This document shows positions 25,801 through 39,131 of a stretch of DNA of 64,000 nucleotides, piece by piece. Below the pieces are notes generated by a model. The model was not told the origin of the DNA. It saw nothing but the letters and a program-made list of their open reading frames with translations, and ran no database searches. The DNA comes from Adineta vaga (lineage: Eukaryota; Animalia; Rotifera). The translations under genes and the position numbers were made by a program. Location: contig CP075492.1 in NCBI GenBank assembly GCA_021613535.1, positions 19,158,001-19,222,000 on the forward strand, written 5' to 3'. Numbering within the stretch: the first letter of the stretch is position 1; every line of letters begins with the position of its first letter.

Positions 25801-26948
25801 TTACCATTCGTTCGCCTTCATACGATCAATATTCACGTATATATTCGCAATATTCTCAATCACTTTCATGTTCCTGCACGACTATTTCTATTCCTTATGA
25901 TCAATTTCTCAATGTCAGCGTAATTCGATTTCATCAAATTTGTCAAAGTATCTATGTTACAACAGATTGGTCATTGCTCATTGATTATTCACATTTGTAT
26001 CATACGATTTTCTTTGAAGATTTTCGTCACTTAGGTGGTCGTTTCTTTCAAACATTAGCTTCATTTTGTATTCAATCCCAAGAATTAATCAAAAACGAAC
26101 TAATTAAGTTCAATGCGCACCGTTTTGTGACTAAGAATATCATAGCACAGAATCTGTTTCACAGTCAATTTGAATCTTATATGCAGCATTTTATTTCTTC
26201 GACAAAACGTTCTTTCAAAAGATCCATTCAACTAATACGCGAATCAACTCAAGGTAATGTGCTTTTCTCTGGTATTTTTACTAATATTCGGTTTAACATC
26301 GTCATTGACGGTAATGAAAGTGTCATTTTAATGACAAATTACGCAACGTTCCGGAGTAATTCATCTAATTGTTCATGTCAACAGACATCCACATGTACAG
26401 AAACATCTTCTATCCTCTATGATGTTTCGTATGCTGTAAAACCAGTGATTCGATTTACTGTGCCTGGCATTTTGCGTGGATGTTATATTCTTGAGGCGTT
26501 TCTTCAATCAAATTTGATCTGTTTTCATAATCAATCGTGTGTTAATGATCTTCGTCATGCATTGAATACAACAGAACCATTAAATACGACCATTATACTC
26601 AATACTACTGCACTCGATCCCTTACTTCCCAGTCAATTTCATATCGATTCGACATTGAATGATATTATTAATGAATTGATGGTCGAAGAATGGTTAACAA
26701 TCTCATCACACGAGATGTATTATAAAGCATGCAATCCATCAGTATGCACCTATTCTATTATTGGTAAAAATGATTTGATTTCCGTAATAACCACTATGAT
26801 TGGTTTGTTGGGAAGTCTCACCACAATATTGAGACTTATCGTACCAATCGTGATCAAAAGACTGAGATTGTTTTGTCGACGACGTGTGAATAAGATCGAA
26901 ATAATCGAAGAACTCACCATAGAAACACAAATGAACATACATTATTAA
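22806..26948 (+). CDS. Multi-pass membrane protein of three tandem (TM-Cys-rich loop-TM) units, ~1335 aa
   Basis: Three homologous ORFs joined by phase-1 introns 24160-24236 and 25527-25584; each has TQI..TR, CxC, HQIC, GC..LQS.L.C, MVE.W, C.P..C.Y and IGGL-type motifs. Confidence 0.8.
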
Positions 26949-27030
26949 TGTGAACGTTTTTGTCCTTTATTTATTGTGTAATGATTTTCAAAATACATAT
27001 TATAATCTAATAAAGACGAATATTTTATAG

Positions 27031-27323
27031 TGAATCAAATGAGAAATCTTCTAGAAAAAAGTTTTCCTCTCAATGATAAAAAAAGACGGAAGTAATATTC
27101 GACTTTGATCGGCATACTTCTATCGAATACAGCATTAGTTTGTTCAAATATTGGAAAATTCGATGAAGCCATTGAAATAATGGAAAAATCTATTGAACAA
27201 CTTTCAGAGAACTATCTTTCAGATGACGATGACGAAATCACCGATAGACGAACATTATTAGATGGAATAAAACAAAAGAAAATTCTTTCTAGTATCATTG
27301 GAGAAAGTTCGGAGTATTTCTAA
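27031..27323 (+). pseudogene. TPR gene 3' fragment
   Basis: LLSNTALVCSNIGKFDEAIEIMEKSIE TPR-like helix pair; upstream frame broken. Confidence 0.5.
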
Positions 27324-27486
27324 CAATGATTTGATTTATTTTTCAACATTTTTTTCTATTAAATTAAGCTTTATTCATGTTACATAGATATCATATCGAT
27401 TTTCAATCATTGAGAATCACAATCTAATAAAATATATACATGAAAGAAAAAGGAACTTCATAGTAATTAACAGGTCAATTTAAGTC

Positions 27487-27531
27487 TTGAGAGTGTGAAC
27501 CTATGGGGACAAAAGAGATCTACACCCTCAA
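27487..27531. repeat. Telomeric-repeat hairpin mini-element (degenerate)
   Basis: TTGAGAGTGTG...AGAGATCTACACCCTCAA. Confidence 0.6.
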
Positions 27532-27699
27532 AGACAAACAAGCCTTCCTCTTCATATATACAGATAGATATTGCAATTCTAATTTCTATTGTCACTATAA
27601 TATGTAGTTTATTTAGACACAACTATTTCATTTTATATGTAAGATAATTAAAAAATTATCATACACATAATATTTTACAAATGATAAATTTTAAGTCTG

Positions 27700-30600
27700 T
27701 TATTGTTTGTTTGCATTTTTTGTAGGATTCGTGCCACTTATAGCGTGCGGAGCTCGAGATCGATCACCGGCACTCGATGGACGGTTAGGTTGTAAATCCT
27801 GTATTCCTTTTCTCACTTCTTCAAGAAGTCTTGTTGGATAATCAGTACCTTCATTGTCAGAATTCTCTGATAGTTCATCCTTGTCAAATTCTCGTGCACA
27901 ACTTTCTAATAATTCTTTCTTCAATTTTTTAAATGTTTTCCATTGATTCGTTAGATCACTTTGCTTATAATGACGAGGAGGTAGAAAGCAACGACTGCAA
28001 CAACGATTGAAAATTGAAACCAATTGATATTTGAGAATTTCAAATTCTGCAGCTAGTTCATAAAGCATATCTAGACGTGTATCTTTCGCTGAATCCATCA
28101 TCGGACCAATTTCACCCACAGCCAAACCTAGATAAAACAATATGAAGCAATGGTTTATTCGATAGAAAATCCTGATTATTCTTACCAACGAGAAGATTAG
28201 ATACAAGGATACTCATGAGAATAGCAAGAAGAATCAGTAAAAGAAAGCCCACTTTATAATAGGCTGTCGTACTACCATTGTATAGCAAATCATCGTAATT
28301 AATTTCTCCAGTAGTCATTAATAATATTTTCCCAAGACTAAACTCTACGGAACTAAATTGAGTAAAATTCTGGAAAATCATATATAAACTTAATGCAAAA
28401 GCACACATAAAAATAAATAGAACAGGAACGAAGAGTATAAAACGAATTAAAATTTGTCGCATCATAATTACGTAAAGACCAAATACAGGAATATATTGAA
28501 CATAATAAAATAAGGCGATATAAGCAAGAAATAGACCAAAGGCGCCGATCTCCCACTGAAGTGGACAGCGCATGGTAACTTGTTTTTGAAAATCATGATC
28601 GAAAATAAAATAAAAAGCACATGCCAATGCAGCAATTTCCAGAATAAATGTAAACACTTTACCCCAATTGGTTCGGAGGTAACCAATGATTGCCCAAACA
28701 TCTTTGACCAAGATTACACCAAAAAGTACATACATAAGAATTTGCAATATAGTATCCGTGTAATTTTTTAAGGCAGTATTTGTCGTTATGAGAGCATCGG
28801 TGACATTTTGACATAAATTATTATCAAAATCAAAACCAGTTGATGCGTAATACTGTTGTGGATGTTGTGCTCTAACTGCAATTGTCGTATAGACACCAAG
28901 AAATGTAGCATACAAAAGAAAACTAAGTATAAAAAGTAATAGACTAAAACCGTAAAATTTATGATTAACGAGACTACGACTTAAAGGATGTGCCATTAAA
29001 TCATATCGATTATGAACAGCCATAAGAAATAGTGGATGATTCATTACTAAAGTCTTGTAATCAATAGTATATGGTTCATCTTTTTCAATAGCGTTATATT
29101 TAACAGCCACTTTACCATCACTACCAGACTCATTGCTCATATTACCTTTAGCCCAATTACGAATAACATATTGATCTTCTAAAAATTCATAATCGAAGAA
29201 TATTCTGTGTATCTTAGATGTTTCACTGCCAATTGTTGTCGTACATCTTTCGAGAATGGCCATAGCCATTTCAGGCATATTAGAAATCATTTTTCGCATC
29301 GGAGTATCAGCAGTACGACGATCTAAACCCATGCGACATGTATAAAACGAACATCGATCGACACAACTGCAGCATGCTACACAACTAGGCTCTTCATAAC
29401 CATCTTTACCAGTTGTACAACATGGTTCACGGTGTGGTTCATAAATTTGTGCATTGCGCATCAATTCATATATATAATCATGAGCAATTAAATATTGAAC
29501 TGTACTTTTATTTTTCTGTTCAACAGCTACTTCTAAACAATTATAACCTTGAGCATTTGTTTGTAATAAATTAGCATCATTATGTATCAGAGTTCTGACC
29601 AAAGACGATGAACCATAACGACAGGCGATGTGTAATGGTGATTCTCGATGAATATTTAAAGCATTAACATCAGCACCAGCACGAATTAGACGTTCAATAC
29701 ATTCTTGTCGATCTCGATTTTCTTCTTCATTTGATTCAGATGCACGAGCTGCTTCATGTAACGGTGTATGATCGTTTATATCTCGGGCATGAACATCGGC
29801 ATTCGATGCGCACATTAAATCAATGATCTTCACGTCACCTATAAAGATAACACTATATGCAACCAACGATAATCTAAGATCAAATTTTTAATTTACCTAT
29901 CAATGCAGCCATATGCAAACTTGTCTGTAATTGATCATCACGTTCTTCAATTAATGCTATTGGATCGCTCACTGCTTTAATCATTCGTTCAACAATTTCC
30001 TCATTTCCAAGTGCAATAGCAGCATGAAAAGCAGTTACTCCACTATAATTTCGAATTTTCAACATTTTAATCACTTCTGTTGATTTCACTGGTAATAATT
30101 TATCACACATAAAGGTATTATTTTTTTCTGCACAAATATGTAATGGCGTATTACCCATCACATCAATTGCTGCTAAATCTACTTGATATGCTTTTGCCTT
30201 CGTAACAATCAAATCGGTAAGTGTTTCATCGGAATATTCAGCACAAATATGTAATACATTACGTTCGAAATCATTACTGGACTTTTCTAGGACAGTTTTA
30301 TCACAATATTTATCATCAAGAAGGATTTGAATACACTCTTTCCGATGATATTTCAGCGCAACCATTAGTGGAGTAAATCCATCCTTGGAAAGTCCCATGG
30401 ACATCTGATTTTTATCAAAGAAAGTTGATAATGTTGGATCTTGAAGCAATTGATATCCTTGCGGTTGTCGACAAGCTAAATTCAGCATATAAGTACTCAT
30501 CTTTTCTGTCGGTACAAGTTTGGATAGAACATCAGAATTTTGATGACGAACAGTTGCATGTATAAGCGAACGTATACTTTGATCGGCTGACATTGAACCT

Positions 30601-31684
30601 GATTGATTCTCAAAATATTGTTTAATACTATCAATATGACCATATTCAGCGGCCATTTCAAATGGAGTTTTATTATCAGCTGTTTTTAATTGAAATAAAT
30701 CTTGATGCAAAGGAAATTGTGTAAACATTTCACGACCTTTTCCAAAACGATAAGCATAATGAACTGGTGTAGCACCTTGAATATCAGGTATCTACTCATA
30801 AATAAAATTGTCAATGTAATTTTTACGAATACAATGGAATGATAATACTTACATTTACTCGTGCACGATAATTCAACAACATATTGCAGATATGAATATG
30901 ATTTCTCATGATGGCATGATGTAATGCTGTTCGTCCTTTATCATCTTGCATATTAACACGAATGTCTTCATGTTTTAATAAAACAAGTAACAATGAATTC
31001 TGCTTAGAGAATGAAAAATAAAGATTATTTTGATCATAATTTATACGACTTACTTGTTGTGAATCCATTGATTGTTCTAGCTGTTCTTCTATTTCTGATG
31101 AACAAGCAGCTATATGAAGTGGTGTTTGACCAGCCCATCCCAATAAATTGACATCTTAATATCAACAAAAATGTAAAGAAACAAAACAACATCGATTTCA
31201 TTATTACTGCATTGAAATTCATTGTTGAGTAGTTTTTCACAAGAAAATCGATTATTTGCTCGAACAGCATAATGAAGTGGAGCATAATTATTGTCATCAT
31301 CGAGTTTTTCCACAAGTTTCTTTTTATGTCCTTTATATTGAAGACGAAGAAAACGTGCTTCAATAGCATCCCATCGACTTTTTGTTTTCTGTTCATCTTG
31401 ACAACATGCAGCCTAAAATCACAGAAAGATGATACCAGAAAATATTCTTTTCTTTTTTGCTGTTGTTCATAGTCATCTTACTTGTCTTAGTTGAGCGTAG
31501 ATCGTATGGAGTGCCTTTTTCTCCATTTCTTCTTCAGGTGATGGAGTTTGATGCGGAATAGGTCGACTTGATTCCATTGCGACAGTGGTATGTGATGGTG
31601 GTATGGTGGTAATCCATCAGGTGTTACTCTTGTCTTACCTGCGCTATTAAACCGTGGTACTTTGTCATTCTTGGAGTCGCTCAT
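27700..31684 (-). CDS. TRPA1: TRPA1-like ankyrin-repeat cation channel, multi-exon
   Basis: Many TPLH ankyrin repeats, six TM segments, pore MTTGEINY, spliced NLLVGLAVGEI; short introns near 28130-28183, 29844-29896, 30793-30852, 31005-31054, 31155-31207, 31413-31481; possible 1-nt frameshift near 31600. Confidence 0.88.
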
Positions 31685-32779
31685 TGTTATTCTCGAAATT
31701 TTCGAGTGAACTCTCGTTGATATTTCTTTAATCTACAAGAGAACTAATATTATATACTACTTTTAATTGGCTTATTATTCAAAGAATTCAAACAATAATT
31801 CTTACTTGTTTTTCTCTGTACAGTTGTGCACAAAGTTTAATGGATTAAAATATTCGTAAATGTTGTTTTGTGCACTTTTTTTTCACATCAATGACGAAAG
31901 AAACTAACAACTGTATGAACTACACAGCACTTGTACTCTTTCCTTTTCTGTCAAAAAATAAATAGACACATGACGACCGTTTGGTGTTTGTCAATCATGC
32001 TTGATGCTTTATGTACACAAACTGCTATGGTTTCACACTTTCACTGATCGAATATGTAGTAAATTCGTTTTCTAATAGTGTGTGTGTCTATGTTGACAAC
32101 GCTTGGCAGAGAAAAAGAAAAAAATATTCATATTTCAAATCAACATAACACGCATTGGTATCTAGCAACAAAGAATAGTTGTACATTAAGATGGAAAACG
32201 AGTTAAACTGTATTATTGACGAATTTTTCACTTCAACCCTAAAATCTGTACTTTTATGAGAGAAAAGTTCAAGAGAAAGGTGGATTGTTACCATCCGCCA
32301 TAATCTACATTTCGTCTCGGCTAGAGGATCTACGAATAATCTTTTCAATTTATTCGGTATGAAATTCTTGTTTAATGCTTTAATTAAATGGTGAAGAAGG
32401 ATAGCGGAATAGTATAATGAGATTTGTGATAAGGTATAGAAATAGAAGAATCATTAAAATAATAGCAGTAATAACAAATAAATGCTCATTTTGATGTAAA
32501 GTATTCGTAAAAATATTTTTAGTATTGATTGACGATGAATTCGACGGTATAATTCACGAATAGAAGTTAGATTTTCATCTATGCTCTCATTGGTGCGATC
32601 CGCATAACTCAGCTATAGTAAATGATACAATTATGAACCTTTGGATTTTAATGTATCAAATTATGAAGAACATTTTCTAGTCTTGACATGGAAAATAGTC
32701 ATTTACTAAAGCTTTTTAATTTTTCTATGTATTAAATGTATGTAGTCTATGATGAATCGTCGTCATGAACATCAGTTTT

Positions 32780-34912
32780 TCATTGATTGTTTATTAAATC
32801 AAGGAGATCTCCTTTTGTGACTGGTCTTTCCATTGTTTTGATAATAGCCATAGCTGTTTTTTCCGAATTTGGAAACCGCCTATTATGACTTAATCCATAA
32901 ACGTACCATTGGCTATCTCTACAATAACACGAAATAATTTTCTCATCATATTTTTCCAAAGTCGCCGAGTAACGTATTGTCGCAAACGGCGTAGACATGC
33001 GATCGAGGAAGAGGTCAGCTTTCTTCTCCCGATGTGCATTTGCGCTTGGAAAATTGTCGGAAATTTTCAAAAGAAAATCGATCGTATCGTTTTCCTTCCA
33101 TCTCAATTTGGCTGGACATGGGCCAGCCGTGTAAGGATCTCGTTCTGGCAGAAAAAAGAATCCTTCAACTTCATGAGGTATGCTTGTAAGAAATTCCCGA
33201 CCTAGCAGTTTGTTTATTTCTGATAAACGAAAAAAATCTTTGGTTCGTATCAGGAACGGTAGCTTGCTCTTTTTAATGGAATCTTTTGTAATAGTGTTAT
33301 TATTTAGATTGGCGATTAATTCGGAAATGAGCTTCAAACGGTACGAAAATTGTTCAAAGGTCACGTCTGTGCCATTATAAGTGATGATGTCGTTAATCAA
33401 AAAGCTAGCCTTGTTCGAACCATTGACTTTATCACTTACAAGTTCACCATCGACTAATGTATCCTTGAGATGACTTGTGCACTCCACACCGTGTGGAAAT
33501 TGAAAAAGGTCAACGCTGAATAGTTTATAACTCTGATCGAGCATGTATACTTTATTTTCTTCTTCAATTAACATCATGTATCGTTTGCCGGCCGGTTTCC
33601 AAGTGACCATGTACGGTGATTTTAAAATGATCTTATAATTTTCACGATTCATTTGTACAGGACGAGATCCCGGAAATCCTATACGCGTCCATCCACATAA
33701 CTGTCGATACTTTTGTTGGATTTCTACTCGAAATTTTTTGTCACAGACGGGTCGCACTTCAGGCAAGGGTACAAAAAATTCTGGAAAACGTGATCTTCGT
33801 GGTGATTTACGAAATCGTTTAGGTGGTTGGTCAGAAGCACTGCTATGGTAGAAACGTTTGTTAGTTTCACTTGTGGTAGACTGATCACTCGATTCCATTT
33901 GACAGTCAGTACTTGTGAAATGTCGTTGAGGAAGTGTTGGCTTCAAAATAGATATGAAAAAGTACAAATGAGTTGAGGGTATGGGTGTGCGTATTAGACA
34001 GATGTAGTGCCCACACTCATACTCTCAAGAAGTCCAGTTAATTTCTTTCTAATAACCTTATTACTTATCAATTCTTGTTCGAATCGATGGCGTTTCATCA
34101 CACTACTGCTATCTTCAACCAATTGAGTGGATTTCGATTTCGTGATCGTACCATCTATAACCGTCAAAAGTTTCAAATGCGTCAAAATCTGTATTTCTTT
34201 TTCAATCTCTTCCTTCCTATCATTTCTGATACGGGCTTCAATTAGTTGTATTCTTGCTGGTAACTTATTCACGTCATCAATCTTTAACTCATCCAGTCCA
34301 TTAATTAGCTCTTGTTCAACGTAAGAAAGTTTCATTACATTATTGCTGTCTTCAACTGGTCGACAAGATTTCAGTTTCGTAATTGTGCCATCCAAAAGCG
34401 TTAAAACTTTTAGCTGCGTCAAAATCTGCAATTCCTTTTCGACATCTACTTTTCTGTCAACTTCTTGATAGTCTTTGATGCGTTCTCGAGTTTGTTCAAT
34501 TTTTTCCGGTAACTTATCCACGTCATCGACCTTTAACTTTGCCATCTCGTTGATCAACTCTTGTTCAAGTTCGAAAATAATAGATTTGTCTTGAAGAAGA
34601 GAGTCGGCAGCAGTTGGTTCCAATTTAACATCATCACGACTGTGGCGATCTGGACGTTTAGGCTGCAAAAGATGGTCATCTTCGTCGTCTATTTTATTAA
34701 GTGATTGATTCAATGTTTGTTTTGCTATACTCCGCATACGATATCCTTCTGCCATAATCTTAGAACCGTGTTCAAGTAGCAGAGGCTTAGTATTGCCTGT
34801 CAGACAAAACAACCGAAAAAAACCCACTAAAAGGCAAAAAATTTTATCGAAGATAAAATGCGTTTGACGAGAAGAAAATTAACCAAGAGAATCTTGCTTG
34901 ATTACCGACCAT
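32780..34912 (-). CDS. RNGTT: Divergent mRNA-capping guanylyltransferase paralog with N-terminal helical repeats (~645 aa, 3 exons)
   Basis: FPGSRPV, TWKPAGKRY, LVDGE, FLINDI, RWK and OB-fold tail; introns 33941-34056 and 34827-34905 in phase; no triphosphatase domain, so the symbol indicates family only. Confidence 0.75.
33973..34028. repeat. Telomeric-repeat hairpin mini-element inside an intron
   Basis: TTGAGGGTATGGGTGTGC-GTATTAGACAGATGTAGTG-CCCACACTCATACTCTCAA. Confidence 0.8.
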
Positions 34913-35121
34913 TTTAGATAAAGAAGAGTTGAAAGAAAGTGAGAGACGTGTTACCAATGTTATCAATTTCTCATTCTGCAGAGATGCCTATATCATATAA
35001 TGATTTTATGTTGTTTTATGAATGTGGTGTTCGTCTTCAATGTTTCTCCGCGTCCTAGCGTAATCTTCAATACGACAAGTTTTCTATAAACAGCAATGAA
35101 ACTTCTCGAAGACAGTGAAGC

Positions 35122-35181
35122 TGTGGCGCGTGTGAAGATTGCATATTTACATACGAATCTCACCCTTTCTCACGCCCTCAA
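35122..35181. repeat. Degenerate telomeric-repeat hairpin mini-element
   Basis: TGTGGCGCGTGTGAAGA...CTCACCCTTTCTCACGCCCTCAA. Confidence 0.45.
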
Positions 35182-35503
35182 GATCCTGTGTAAATAGTAA
35201 TAGTAGGCAAAATAACGGTGACTGGTGAATAAACCAAAAGAATTGAAAAGAAACAGAACTTTCGCATCCAGTAGAAAGACAGCAATAAATGCACATAAAC
35301 AGTAGTATGAAAACTTTTTCTTCGATGGCAGCTTTATTAAAGAAACTGTAAAAGCGTATTTTTCTTGTACTGTGCTGATCTACTTAGAAAAGACGCAGTG
35401 AATTTGTTAGACATATAAAATCGTTAAATTAAGTTATTGGAAATTTTAGAAAACGATTCTCCTACAAACAAAGCAAAACGGTCTACTAAAATGGTCAAAT
35501 CGG

Positions 35504-36510
35504 TTGACTGATATGAAACCAAAATATCCCTCAACTCGAATATGCTGGTATTATTATCAAAATTCACCTACGGAATGGGAAGAATTTGCTGATATTGAAT
35601 GTGAAATAATTGAAAATGCATTTAAAAATCAAAGACAACGAACTGAATTAGATTTGTCTATGATCGATTTGGAACGTTCAATAATGACAATGAAAAATGA
35701 TCAATCAAAACAATATTCTATAAAACGAATGGAAAATATATCGAAACAACTTCGAAAAGAAAGATTCTGTCCAATATTAGAACATTCATCTGAGGTGATA
35801 AATGAGCAATCATTTTTCTATGGCACTGCCAGAGCAAAACGCGATTTTGGGTGAAGTTGGGACCAAGAAAACGGTTTTGCCTTACCACAATCAGTAGAAC
35901 ACGCCGCTGCAGGTATTTTAATCGAAGGTGAAAAACTCGGCTACAGTAATGAGGCACAATGGATAGCAAATCATCTACTAGAAGTCAAACATAACAATAA
36001 ACAAGAAATTGGCGAACGTTGTATTGCATTATATACACGAGATTGTTTTTTATATAAACTATTAAACAAAACATTAAGGGAGGATGATTTAGATAAACAC
36101 AATACTTTGGGTCCATTTGCTTTCTTATTATCGTTCGAAGGATTATTTAGTTTATCTGATGTGTATCGATATAAAAAAAAACGTTTATAGAGCTATGAAT
36201 TTAACTGTAAACCAACTGAATAAATATCAACATTTTGCAGATAGTAAACAATTGCTTCATTGGAAAAATTTCTCATCAACAACAAAAAATTTACTAAAAG
36301 CAGAGTTTTATCAATCAAATACGTTGTTTTATATATCTTTACCGAAAAACGACGATAGCTCAAGTGCTATTGATATTACACTATATTCATATATTCCGGA
36401 AGAAGAAGAAGTTCTTTCAGGTTGTCCATTTCATTTTTATGTGGATTCGGTCATATATGACAGTGAAAACAGCGACATAACATTTATTTAATACAAATGA
36501 CTCGTCAATA
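35504..36510 (+). pseudogene. WWE-domain + R-S-E ADP-ribosyltransferase gene, disrupted
   Basis: WYYY..EWEEFADIECEIIENAF (WWE); LYTRDCFLYKLLNKTLRE, VYRA, FSSTT, EEEEVL; stop at 35852 and frameshifts. Confidence 0.8.
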
Positions 36511-36586
36511 ATTTAAACGAATGAACTATCAACTTTCCATAACACAAATGAAGTTGCGTGGAAAGGATATGATTGTGGTTGTAAAT

Positions 36587-36642
36587 ATGGGTGCCGATGA
36601 GAATGTGGATGAGAATCCATCTTCTTTTTACCCACACCCTCT
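36587..36642. repeat. Telomeric-repeat hairpin mini-element (degenerate)
   Basis: ATGGGTG...TGTGGATGAGAATCCATCTTCTTTTTACCCACACCCTCT. Confidence 0.55.
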
Positions 36643-37596
36643 ATAGAATTATGAAAACAATATTTATTTCTCAAGAAAAGAAATCAAAAGTTCGCCTTTA
36701 TATAAGTAAGAAAAAAACACAATCGATGAGAACATGATTCTATTTTATTATCAATTATTTTCTTGCGAAATCTTCTCGAAGTATATACAGTGTCAAAACA
36801 AGCACTTCTCAATGACTAAAGTGCATACATTTGTAGTAGAGTAAATCGTGACACAGAACATCTATTTGTTTATAATCGATAGAAGTATAACAAAAAAGAT
36901 TTCACACACGACATACTAATTTAGATTTTGGTTCTGATGAAACTGTTCGAATATTGTTAACATTGTCTGCTGGAACATCTTTATATGGATTGTTGTTTAC
37001 TAAATGAGAAGGATCAAGAGCGAGAACTTTTTCAGGCATTTGTCTGGAAATTCAATCATGTAATTAAGTAATCTCGAAGTGTTCAAATCTGAAAAATATG
37101 TCACGAATTATACTATAGAAATAATTTAGTACTGGATTATATTTTCATTATATATACTTAACACTAACGTATACTTTTTGTTAATGCGAACCAATATTTC
37201 ATTAGCAAATTTACATATCAGAAGTAAAATTAGATGTCTTATTTTAACATATACTACGGTAGATCTGCTAGAAGACCTATTGTCTATTTACAAATTTAAA
37301 AAAAGCCTTAAATCAAAGTCATTTAAAAAGAAAACGGACATCAGGTAACTTGTTGTAATCTACGCAATGCATTTTGTACAATAATAAAAGAAAACACACT
37401 CTGTTTGCACAACATCTTCTATGTTGTAAATAGAGTAACTTTAGGAAAATTTCAAGATGTTGTTTCATTAATGCCTAATTTCAGATAGACGTTATGTAAT
37501 TTAGGTATAACAAATATTGTTCTCATCATGAAACATATATAATTAACTGATATATTATAAGATGTACTAGCAGAATTGAATTTCATGAAATGAAAA

Positions 37597-38100
37597 TTAA
37601 GGAAGCCATTTACGTCTTATGCTCTCCATTACCATAAGTTGTCCAATGAATGCAAAGTATAGCCACCAATATGCCAATCGATATAATGTCGGATGACAAT
37701 AACTAGGCAGAGTCGGTTCAATGTATTGTACTTTATTCCATACTTCAAGTATTATTGTGAATCCGGAAATGCTACCTACATGTACAATCGCTAAGAGCCA
37801 AAACAGTATAGTTGAAATAAATTCTAAACTAAAAGCGAGACCAAAAATCCTGGATTTGTTCTCAGTGGCATTCTTGATAAAATAAGCTGCTATAAAACCT
37901 TGAATAGGAAGTAATATGACAACTGTAAGTGCAAAAGAGCTATTCCAAACAAGATAATTCGGTATCTTTATATTAATGGGACAGTCATTTGAATACAATC
38001 GACTGATAACCAACAGGATGACTAAAAGAGAAATGAAATACTAAGATAACTTTTTGCCGACATTTATTTAACTCATGAGTCATACCATTTATCTAACTTC
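37597..38100 (-). CDS. TMEM272-like multi-pass membrane protein (5' end uncertain or degraded)
   Basis: CPINIKIPNYLV and YCHPTLYRLAYW motifs flanking hydrophobic helices. Confidence 0.6.
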
Positions 38101-38517
38101 TGTAATAATAGTATATCTACAGATCTGTTTTATGGTACTCTTCATCAATAGCAGAGCTGATTTAGGATGATTGGCTATATTTATGTTTCATAAGCAGTAC
38201 AGATTAGTTGATGTTTACTTTGTCAATTCTCGTTTTTCATTATGAAATTGACTATTTAAATCTTGTTCAACATCGAACTTTATGCTTGTTAATATATAGA
38301 AGTGTATACTATCTTTTCTAAACTGGAGTTTTGAAAGCAGAAGGTGAGGATAAGACTTATAAACACCTGCATAGAGAGTTCCTCATGGAGTTCTAGTAAA
38401 CAAAGAACAAAATTTTATAATTCGAATAGTTTAATACTCGTAACGGATTAATGATTTCTACGCTATTGACTACTATATTAGTAACAAAACTAGCTTCGAA
38501 TATGTCTATGCTTGGCA

Positions 38518-38775
38518 TTACCACCTACTTAGAAGAGCTGCCAGAAAGCTCAAACCAATGAGTCCACCAGGTGAACTAAAAACGCTCATCCATATTAAAG
38601 TTTTTGCAGAATAAGGGGCGTTTTTCAATGGTTTCTTGTTCTTTGTTGACAAGTCTAAAACAACATTATTGTCGATACATGTTTTCTTGTTCATTTCTTG
38701 CAGTTCAGCAACAAGATTTTTATCATCAGTTGAGTTTTCTTCCTCAAGGACGTTTACTTTCTCGTTCGTTGTCAT
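38518..38775 (-). pseudogene. Membrane protein 5' fragment
   Basis: ATG-initiated acidic N-terminus then a hydrophobic helix; downstream frames contain stops. Confidence 0.3.
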
Positions 38776-39131
38776 TGTTTTTCAATGATTATAAGTAACT
38801 AAAAGTAGAAGATTGTAAAATAAAGACTATCAACCTTTAAAACAAAAGAAGTATTGTATCAGATTGTGAAATAAAATGTATATATACACCTGTAAATGTT
38901 TATTTAACGATTGACTGACTGCTCACATGGAGTTTCTTTCTTCTCTTTTTCTTTCACTACATGAAGAAAGAAGACAGATGTCTGTAGATATGAGTGAATA
39001 AACCTTTAATATATATTGATCAAAAAGAAATTTATATGAGTGGAGAAAAGTCCTAATGACATTTTTCATAAGAACAATATTATTAAGTTTTTATTATGGA
39101 AAAGTGACAAATGTTGAAATTTTTAGGTTAT

